This document shows positions 57,483-64,000 of a stretch of 64,000 nt of DNA, in pieces. The translations under genes and the position numbers were made by a program. The number at the start of each line of letters is the position of its first letter. The first letter of the stretch is position 1. The DNA is from a virus: the IMG/VR virus record IMGVR_UViG_3300021356_000002, one strand, 5' to 3'. The notes under the pieces were generated by a model. The model saw only the letters and a list, made by a program, of their open reading frames with translations. It did no database searches and had not been told where the DNA came from.

Positions 57483-58187
57483 TTAGCCCTCCTTACCAGT
57501 AGTAGTTGTTACTGCACCCTTGACAGGATTAACAATCTTTGTGTCGCCCATGCGCTTTTCGCCAGGACGTGCAGGTGCTTGACCCTTTACAGCACGACCA
57601 GCTTTAGTCGCATCTTCGTGACCTTGCGCATCATCTTTTTCAAGATTAGGATTATCTGCATCATGGTCTTTTGCCATATCGTCAGCCGCTTTGCCCTTGC
57701 GCTTGTCTTTCATAGTCTCAGCTTTAGCACCAGACTGATTAGGTTGCTTTGACTCTTTCATCTTTTTCTTAGCAGTGTGCTTGTGAGACTCAGACACAAG
57801 AATGTCAAGGTCTTCGACAGGAACGTCAAACTCGACGCCATGCTCAAACATCACGTCATAGTGAGTGACAGTAGCAGTGCCGTCTTCGTTTTCAACGAGC
57901 GTATGTTGTCCAGAGATACACTCTCCGAAACCCCATTGCTCTGAAGTTACGTGCTTGGCGCAATCGTGACTGAGTGCTTTATCGACTTCTTTCGTGTCCA
58001 TGTCAGCAGACTCATCTTTCATGGCCTTTTTAATAGCCTTTCGGCGCTTGTGCAAATACTCGTCCGAAGAATCAACATCACCATCGTTGTCGATGTCAGC
58101 ATCAGCTTTACCGACAGGATCCATCTTTTTCTTTTCTGTTACTTCGGCCCACAGTTCTGCCATTTTTCTGATATACGAGGGATTCAT
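57483..58187 (-). CDS. Probable prohead core/internal protein
   Basis: DPVGKADADIDNDGDVDSSDEYLHKRRKAIKKAM module; xxE-delimited segments. Confidence 0.6.
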   Translation of the reverse strand: MNPSYIRKMAELWAEVTEKKKMDPVGKADADIDNDGDVDSSDEYLHKRRKAIKKAMKDESADMDTKEVDKALSHDCAKHVTSEQWGFGECISGQHTLVENEDGTATVTHYDVMFEHGVEFDVPVEDLDILVSESHKHTAKKKMKESKQPNQSGAKAETMKDKRKGKAADDMAKDHDADNPNLEKDDAQGHEDATKAGRAVKGQAPARPGEKRMGDTKIVNPVKGAVTTTTGKEG

Positions 58188-58199
58188 TGCTTTCTCCGT

Positions 58200-58544
58200 T
58201 TAAGTGGGTAGACCTATTTGTGTGGCAATCGCAGTAATAAAGACTGCAATAACTAGCCAGCTTACTTTCATACCCAAGTTGACTTTCTCAACTAAGGATG
58301 AAATATCTTTTGACATATCGTCGGTTTTCAACGATATTCTATTTATTCTTTCGTGTTGCTCTTCACGGCGCTCTTCTAGCACATTGATCTTTTCTTCAAC
58401 CTTCGCAATCATGACAACTGCCTCGGTGAGTTTCTCCATGTGCCTTTCAATAGCCGCCATTCGCGCTTCATGATCCGCAGTATCAATGATGTGCTTATCA
58501 ATTTTGTTATCGAGTCCTTCGATAAGCTCCTTTGTAGTAGCCAT
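58200..58544 (-). CDS. Coiled-coil protein with C-terminal TM
   Basis: Heptad pattern and hydrophobic C-terminus. Confidence 0.65.
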   Translation of the reverse strand: MATTKELIEGLDNKIDKHIIDTADHEARMAAIERHMEKLTEAVVMIAKVEEKINVLEERREEQHERINRISLKTDDMSKDISSLVEKVNLGMKVSWLVIAVFITAIATQIGLPT

Positions 58545-58585
58545 TTTAGTTCAGTGCTCCCATTCGATTTATTACCGCAGTAGAC

Positions 58586-58933
58586 TTAATTGTCTACTTT
58601 TGCTCCCCCACGCCATTGATAGCAAGACCAGTATCTTGCTTTCCATTTTGGACCAGGATTATCGCAGTTATGCCTAGCCCTAAAACTTTTTCTTCGCCCG
58701 GGATCGTCACGCTTAATCTCCATTTTAGGATCACCGAAGTTAACTTTCACTACATTACCTTTTTCGTTTTTAACGTAGACAGAGAACTTTCTAGGACCAC
58801 CAGGCGTACGAAATGGATCGTTCAGCTTCACTTTCTTGCCTTGGTACTCAGCGGCTTCCTGCACGAGGTCTTCGTACATTGACTCACAAGTACAATCGAT
58901 TTCGTCTGCTCGATGATCTTTAAACTTCTTCAT
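58586..58933 (-). CDS. DUF6321-like protein with capsid-targeting-like N-terminus
   Basis: AEYQGKKVKLN.P; KVNFGD; RRKSFRARH.C; ARYWSC. Confidence 0.75.
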   Translation of the reverse strand: MKKFKDHRADEIDCTCESMYEDLVQEAAEYQGKKVKLNDPFRTPGGPRKFSVYVKNEKGNVVKVNFGDPKMEIKRDDPGRRKSFRARHNCDNPGPKWKARYWSCYQWRGGAKVDN

Positions 58934-59165
58934 CTTCGTCCCCATTCGACTTTAGATAGTCAGTTGCGCTATCAAGGTAGTCGTTCGCTTTCGTAATTTT
59001 GTTTTGAACCCATTCTGGAAGATTGTCATCGTCGCCCAACATCTTCATCAAGTCTTGCGCATTTCGCACGATAGTCTTGAGTTGAGTCTTCGCCATTTCC
59101 CCTTCTTGATCATACTCATTGGGGTCTTTATCTTCTTTCAGCCTTAGGTTCTTAAACGTTTTCAT
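58920..59165 (-). CDS. Small internal-head-type protein
   Basis: MKTFKNLRLKE; EGEMAK.QL; LPEWVQ.KITKA.DY. Confidence 0.7.
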   Translation of the reverse strand: MKTFKNLRLKEDKDPNEYDQEGEMAKTQLKTIVRNAQDLMKMLGDDDNLPEWVQNKITKANDYLDSATDYLKSNGDEDEEV

Positions 59166-60907
59166 TTCGATTCCATATACTCGCTTGCTTTCAACTTGAC
59201 GCCTTTAGCGGCGAGTTCACGTGCCGCAATCTGAGACACGAATCTAACCTTTGCACGAGCGACTTTTTCAAGTGCGGCTTTGTCCATACGTGCAATCATA
59301 GCCTTCAGCTTTTTGTAAGTAGGCGATGTCACGTTGATCTTTTCAAGATCAGCGTATGCCTTCTTGAGTTGTTGCAACTGGGCATCAGAGAATTCAGCTA
59401 GTTCGGTCGACTCTTTGACCTTTGACATACCGCCACGATCATTTCTGACCCAGCCCTTAGCTCTCAGTCGCTTCTCTCTTTCAGCTTTTTCACGTTCTGC
59501 TTCTTTCTTTCTGAACGCGGCTTTAAACATGGTGTTATGTGCTTTGTTGACTTCATCAACTTTGTCGGGCAGACCTTTGTGCTTGGTCTTCGCAAAATCT
59601 TTTACGTCTTTCTTTGACATAGACTTAGCGGCTTTTGCTACTTCAGGAGATGCATCGTCCATCTCGCCCTTCTGCTTTGCTCGCACCATGCCAAAAAACT
59701 TCTGCTGTGCTTTTGATACAGCCTTTTCTTCAAGACCTTCGCGCACTAAACGGTTGTTCTTAACCATTCCGTTCTTTTTGAATATAGTAATTACACCGTC
59801 ACGAGGGTCTGTATCCATTTTGTCAATAAAGTGTTTCATTTGAATGAACGTCTTGTCTTGCTTGTTTACGTCAGACTCTCTACCAAGTTGACGAACAAAC
59901 GCACCGACCTTCATAAAGTCTTTCTTGTCGATACCACCATGTTTTCTTGCGTACTGTTCAAATTCTTTTGCGACCTTGAAGAAATCAATTGCTTCATCTA
60001 AATCTTCTTTAACACTCACTTCTTTCTTTGAAAGCTTAGTCAGAACATTAGCAATTTGCGGTGGTCTCATACCTACAGACATTAATGCTTGATTAATATC
60101 ACCCCATTGATACATTTCTTTGTCGCCGCGTCTACTGTATTTGCCCGGCGCTTCGTTGATGCCTACTTCTTTCTTTGAAAGCTTAGTCAGAACATTAGCA
60201 ATTTGTGCTGTCCTTATACCTACAGCCATTAATGCTTGATTAATATCACCCCATTGATATAGCTCTTTGTCTCCGCGGCGCGAATACTTACCTGGTGCTT
60301 CATTAACTTCTACTTCTTCTTTCTTAAGACCACCCATCATGTTACCGTAGACTTTACGATTCATTCTTTGTGATCGAGTTTCGTCACCATGATCGCGCTT
60401 GCGTCTGTCTTCGCGTTCTTTCTTACGGCGAATGTCACCTAATGGATCATAACGCTTTTTGCCATCTCTTTCTCTACGCTCTTCGCGTTCTTTCTTACGG
60501 CGAATGTCAGCCAATGACATCGCTTCGTCAACCGACTCCTTTTGCATGTCTTTCATGCGTTGCATCGATACGGGTTGACCTTTCTTAGAGATAATACCGT
60601 TAAAGCCTTGCTTTCTCATGCTATCAAGAAACTTCTTGGCATCATTCGCAGAATCAAATGAGCGAACGCTGATAGGTCCGCGCTTGGACTTAGCATACTT
60701 AACATCGAACTTTTCGTTCGTGCTTTCTTTAGGCACACAGTTAGGCACCATCTTGTCGCCTTTCTTCTTCATGCCCACTTGTTTGTGAGTATCCCAGCAA
60801 GGGTCTTTTTCATTCAAAGGCTTTTCGCCTTTCTTTTTCTTCGCAATAGCGATAGCGGCTTGCTGTGCAGGCGATACTGCTTCTCTTAGGTCTTTTAATG
60901 ATTTCAC
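59162..60907 (-). CDS. Modular basic protein, probable protease-processed internal head polyprotein
   Basis: About ten short modules separated by (L/V/I)xE sites; internal duplications. Confidence 0.65.
   Translation of the reverse strand: MKSLKDLREAVSPAQQAAIAIAKKKKGEKPLNEKDPCWDTHKQVGMKKKGDKMVPNCVPKESTNEKFDVKYAKSKRGPISVRSFDSANDAKKFLDSMRKQGFNGIISKKGQPVSMQRMKDMQKESVDEAMSLADIRRKKEREERRERDGKKRYDPLGDIRRKKEREDRRKRDHGDETRSQRMNRKVYGNMMGGLKKEEVEVNEAPGKYSRRGDKELYQWGDINQALMAVGIRTAQIANVLTKLSKKEVGINEAPGKYSRRGDKEMYQWGDINQALMSVGMRPPQIANVLTKLSKKEVSVKEDLDEAIDFFKVAKEFEQYARKHGGIDKKDFMKVGAFVRQLGRESDVNKQDKTFIQMKHFIDKMDTDPRDGVITIFKKNGMVKNNRLVREGLEEKAVSKAQQKFFGMVRAKQKGEMDDASPEVAKAAKSMSKKDVKDFAKTKHKGLPDKVDEVNKAHNTMFKAAFRKKEAEREKAEREKRLRAKGWVRNDRGGMSKVKESTELAEFSDAQLQQLKKAYADLEKINVTSPTYKKLKAMIARMDKAALEKVARAKVRFVSQIAARELAAKGVKLKASEYMESK
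60017..60298. repeat. In-frame tandem duplication, 147-nt period (49 aa)
   Basis: APGKYSRRGDKE.YQWGDINQALM.VG.R..QIANVLTKLSKKEV x2. Confidence 0.95.
60408..60509. repeat. 30-nt perfect direct repeat, 72-nt period
   Basis: tcttcgcgttctttcttacggcgaatgtca at 60408 and 60480 (DIRRKKERE). Confidence 0.9.
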
Positions 60908-61362
60908 GCTAAGTCCTTATCGTGGTTTAATCCACCCTTTTTCTTTTTAACAATAAAAGCGTTGACTCTAGCGTGTCCCCATTGCTGAGGAGTAGTACCA
61001 GGTCGATGACCTGTACGCCATGCCGCAACACCTCGGTCGTAAACTTTTTTGAGAACAGAACGTGAGATGCCCGACTTCTTTGCTTTGTCAGTCAGTGCGT
61101 CTTCGTTGATCACATGATTTTTAAATTTCATTTGTTCTCCGTACATCTTTTTTATAGCTTTCGTATACTTCGAAGGCTTTGTTTTTGCGTCCGCATCGCC
61201 AGGCGCTGGCTTATAAGCCGCTGGGTTATCATCGTCCATCTTCGCACCCTTTTTGAAGTGACGATCCCTCGCAACCTTTGTCGCCTTAGACAGACCCTTA
61301 TGATAGTGCTTGGGCTGTGTACCTTTACGATCTTTAATGTCTTTGTCTTGAGGCGTTTTCAT
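60904..61362 (-). CDS. Conserved two-module basic protein
   Basis: YKPAPGD..AKTKPSKYT; KA.KSG....L..VY.RG.AAW..GHRPG.TPQQW..ARVN.F. Confidence 0.75.
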   Translation of the reverse strand: MKTPQDKDIKDRKGTQPKHYHKGLSKATKVARDRHFKKGAKMDDDNPAAYKPAPGDADAKTKPSKYTKAIKKMYGEQMKFKNHVINEDALTDKAKKSGISRSVLKKVYDRGVAAWRTGHRPGTTPQQWGHARVNAFIVKKKKGGLNHDKDLA

Positions 61363-61370
61363 TATTTATA
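61363..61370 (-). promoter_or_regulatory. Late promoter TATAAATA
   Basis: Exact consensus at gene junction. Confidence 0.6.
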
Positions 61371-62751
61371 CAACTCGGGTTGTTTGGCGATTTTTGCGTC
61401 GAGCCCTAGCAAGTCGCGCACGATCAAGCACCTTATCGTACTCACGCTCTTTGCGATCTCGCTCTCGGCGATCTTGTTGTCGATCTTGTCTTTTGTCGAA
61501 TGAGATACGTTGCTTTGCCGCATCTACTTCGTCGCCGCGTATTTCTTTTACGTCAGCTTTTTCTTGACCAGCGATATTCTTCTTTGCTTTCTTAGTAGCG
61601 GCGGGTGTTCCCCATTCGGGCTGATCTTTGTACCAGTTGTCTGTCTTACCCTCAGCGAACGTTGGCTGATAGTTGACTAGGTGCTTAGGCATGATGCCCT
61701 TCTTGACCATCTGACGAAACATTTTGTCAAGTGTACGAACGTCAGTATCCGTCATCTTAGCGGTCTTGATAAGATTGTTTCTAGCATCGCCTGGATTCTT
61801 TTTGCGTAGGTCTAGAAACGTACGTATCGCAAACTTGTACTTCTTTTTGTTGATTGTGCGATCAAGAAAGGCATCAACTTGAGGCATGAGATCCCGCATG
61901 AGACCACTTCCGCCCCAACCTGCTTCATCGATTAGTTCAACGTCCGTAATCCATCTGCGAGAGAAACTGCCATCAGCCATATCGAGAATAAGATAATTGG
62001 TACCAAGGCGTGAGACACGACCCATTTCACCAGTTTCTTTGACCATAACTTGATCGCCTTCATTAAACAATACTCCTTCAATAAATTTTTCTCGCATGTC
62101 AGATACGGGCTCAAGTTCAACGTGATTCTTGAACTGAGTCATTTCTTTTAAGCCCATACCAGAGCGTACATCATTAAACAGTTTTTTCGCATCACGGCTA
62201 CTCATTGTAGATGGCACACCTTGTGCGAACGTTGTGAAATCATTATTCTTAGCATTTTCACGTTGCTTTGATGCAGACATGCCTGTCACGTCATCGGCAT
62301 CTGGATCTCGCTCACCAGCAGAGACTACAGTGATGCGCTCAAAGTTATAGAAACCATGTCGCGCTTTCTCACCGTTGTACTTTTCTAGAAGCGTTTTGAA
62401 TTCGGTAATACGATCAGCACCGACAACCATGGTAATGCGATTAAAGCCTTGATCGTAGAGACTAGTCGCGACTTCGAATACGTTTCGAAGTTTCTTATCC
62501 ATGATTACGTTACGTGCCTGTTTTGGGAACATCTTACGAACGTGCTTAATTTTCTGTTCGTAAGTGAGAGGATTCTTTTTGGCATCACTTGACTGTGACA
62601 AGTAAACTTTATAGGGATTCTTGCCTGCCTTTGTAGCCATGACCTTTAACAGTTTGCCATGTCCGATTGTCGGCGGATTCATCCTACCGAATGTGAAAAA
62701 TACCTCGCGTTGCTCTTCAACGAGATAATCTTTAAAAGACGGAAAACTCAT
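61366..62751 (-). CDS. HIGH-superfamily (cytidylyl/NMN adenylyl) nucleotidyltransferase with C-terminal modules
   Basis: FGRMNPPTIGH; VVGADR; SAGERDPD; MSASK.R. Confidence 0.85.
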   Translation of the reverse strand: MSFPSFKDYLVEEQREVFFTFGRMNPPTIGHGKLLKVMATKAGKNPYKVYLSQSSDAKKNPLTYEQKIKHVRKMFPKQARNVIMDKKLRNVFEVATSLYDQGFNRITMVVGADRITEFKTLLEKYNGEKARHGFYNFERITVVSAGERDPDADDVTGMSASKQRENAKNNDFTTFAQGVPSTMSSRDAKKLFNDVRSGMGLKEMTQFKNHVELEPVSDMREKFIEGVLFNEGDQVMVKETGEMGRVSRLGTNYLILDMADGSFSRRWITDVELIDEAGWGGSGLMRDLMPQVDAFLDRTINKKKYKFAIRTFLDLRKKNPGDARNNLIKTAKMTDTDVRTLDKMFRQMVKKGIMPKHLVNYQPTFAEGKTDNWYKDQPEWGTPAATKKAKKNIAGQEKADVKEIRGDEVDAAKQRISFDKRQDRQQDRRERDRKEREYDKVLDRARLARARRKNRQTTRVV

Positions 62752-63188
62752 TTCTTATCTGAACCACCCATTCTACGTTCTTTTTCCATTTTACGAATTT
62801 GAGGCAACATCTTGCGAGCAATCTTATCGACTCTCGGCTTCATCTTTTCGATGCGCTTTTCAATTTCTTGGCGACGACCAGCAGGTAAATCAGATCGAGT
62901 CTGACCCTTTGCTAGTTTCTTGAACAGGGTGTTGATTGCGGCTTTGCGGGCGCGTTTCATAAGACGTTTAGGATCTGCCGCTTTTCTAGCCGCTCTCCTT
63001 CTGCCCATGGCAATCTTTGCTTTATTCTTCTTCATCGCTCTGGCACGTGCACGGCGCTGTTGAAAGTTCAACGCTTCGTCTACGTCTTCGCCAATACGTC
63101 CTCTCTTACGCTTCATAGCGGCGTATGAGATTTCTTCTGGCATGCCAGGCGTGTAGTCAACTGTTAGAAAATCTTTAAAACTTAACAT
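62748..63188 (-). CDS. Basic internal-head-type protein
   Basis: MLSFKDFL; VDEAL..QQR..RAR; RARKAA. Confidence 0.7.
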   Translation of the reverse strand: MLSFKDFLTVDYTPGMPEEISYAAMKRKRGRIGEDVDEALNFQQRRARARAMKKNKAKIAMGRRRAARKAADPKRLMKRARKAAINTLFKKLAKGQTRSDLPAGRRQEIEKRIEKMKPRVDKIARKMLPQIRKMEKERRMGGSDKK

Positions 63189-63189
63189 A

Positions 63190-64000
63190 CTAGTTTCTCG
63201 TTGGTTTGTCCCATCCCTTTAATATATCGGGTGAAAAGTTGTTATAGCTAAACTCTAGCCTATCAACCAATTTCACTGCGTCACCACCAAGTGTGTCAAT
63301 TGCTACATAACCTTCTTGACCAGTAGTCTTGAACCCGTTGCGAGTTTTCACAAAAGTTTCAAGACTACTGAGTCTGTTTAACTTATTTATAAGTTTTAGT
63401 TTGACAACTACAATTAATTTTTGTAGTTCAAACATCTTAACTAAGTTTGCTTTGTTTTTGTTGCTGAAGAACTTGAGGAGGTCGTCGCGCTTCGCTTTTT
63501 GCGTGGCTTTGCCGCGCGGGGTTTTGCGGCTGTCGATTTCTTTTTGGTACTTGTTTTTGATCCAGCGGATGAGCTTTTCCGTGTGGGCGCGGGTGTCTTT
63601 GATTTGACTTCCGGCTCGGACGTAGGTGTTGTTGAACTGCTCGATGTGCTGGGCGAGGGACTGGTTGGCTTCGAGGGCTCTGAGGGTTGTGCCCGAGATC
63701 CCGTTAAACAATTTACCAATTTGCGAAAGATATTCATTTATTTGCTCCGTTTCTCGTTTAGTCAGAGTCGCATTGCGAACGTCACGTAGCATTGCATCCT
63801 GTGACCATACTTTAGTGGATGGATTCAATTTACTTACATCAACTCCGTACGATGCTCGCATCGTTTCGAAGCTATTGCCTGTATATGTAGTATGCCATAC
63901 AATCCCGATTTTAGCGTTCAGAACAGCAGAAGCCATTTTAACGGGAATAGCATATACAAGAGTATTAGGGTGAAACGTAACATAGGATTCTCCATCGATT
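63190..64000 (-). CDS. DUF6267-like protein (3' part; frame open past window end)
   Basis: TFHPNTLVYA; KIGIVWHTTY.G; EGYVAID..AVKLVDRLEFSYNNF. Confidence 0.8.
   Translation of the reverse strand, partial: IDGESYVTFHPNTLVYAIPVKMASAVLNAKIGIVWHTTYTGNSFETMRASYGVDVSKLNPSTKVWSQDAMLRDVRNATLTKRETEQINEYLSQIGKLFNGISGTTLRALEANQSLAQHIEQFNNTYVRAGSQIKDTRAHTEKLIRWIKNKYQKEIDSRKTPRGKATQKAKRDDLLKFFSNKNKANLVKMFELQKLIVVVKLKLINKLNRLSSLETFVKTRNGFKTTGQEGYVAIDTLGGDAVKLVDRLEFSYNNFSPDILKGWDKPTRN
63384..63391 (-). promoter_or_regulatory. Late promoter TATAAATA
   Basis: Exact consensus about 200 nt upstream of 63188. Confidence 0.55.
63441..63737 (-). CDS. Overprinted +1-frame gene: 98-aa Ser/Thr/Pro/Lys-rich basic disordered protein
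   Basis: GGAG SD 7 nt before ATG; host-frame wobble positions almost T-free over exactly this span. Confidence 0.7.
   Translation of the reverse strand: MNIFRKLVNCLTGSRAQPSEPSKPTSPSPSTSSSSTTPTSEPEVKSKTPAPTRKSSSAGSKTSTKKKSTAAKPRAAKPRKKRSATTSSSSSATKTKQT

Noticed and set aside
63440-63700. GC-rich patch as horizontal transfer or a diversity-generating retroelement
   Set aside because: The bias is confined to wobble positions and matches the +1 ORF limits; no reverse transcriptase or template repeat in the window
462-63973. Many short ORFs antisense to long minus-strand genes (e.g. 5368-5970, 12082-12711, 32983-33504, 57120-57752, 59334-59843, 63499-63789)
   Set aside because: Shadow ORFs of well-supported genes; no SD, motifs or independent compositional signal

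Overview
64 kb of a large T4-like (Tevenvirinae/Kyanoviridae-type) myophage genome. The host is most likely a Gram-negative marine heterotroph: spanins, a proteobacterial-type IscU and a PcyX-type bilin reductase are present, and no photosynthesis genes are seen in this window. Layout: 1-17.8 kb baseplate/tail module (DUF4815, gp8, gp6, gp25, a four-gene split gp5 region, hub, gp53, gp48, gp4, gp2, gp54, gp26/gp51, tape measure); 17.8-24.5 kb gp32, gp33, DenV-like glycosylase, ThyX, SleB and small early genes behind sigma70 promoters; 24.6-26.2 kb hemO-pcyX-ybaN heme cassette; 26-43 kb a very large glycosylation/modification cluster; 43.5-54.4 kb endolysin, PhoH, P-loop kinase, two carbamoyltransferases, NrdB, IscU and a glutaredoxin-fused NrdA; 54.5-64 kb spanins, holin candidates and a block of proteins with T4 capsid-targeting-like N-termini. 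Strongest novel signals: (1) an overprinted +1-frame gene inside the DUF6267 gene, revealed by wobble-position T depletion; (2) a probable -1 programmed frameshift fusing gp26 to gp51 just upstream of the tape measure gene; (3) a set of putatively head-packaged, protease-processed, injected proteins including a polyprotein and enzymes; (4) a split tail spike with one live amidase between two apparently dead muralytic domains; (5) an NrdR box over the nrdA promoter; (6) a heme-to-iron/bilin cassette linked to Fe-S demand. All family assignments are from motif recognition by eye; no searches were run.
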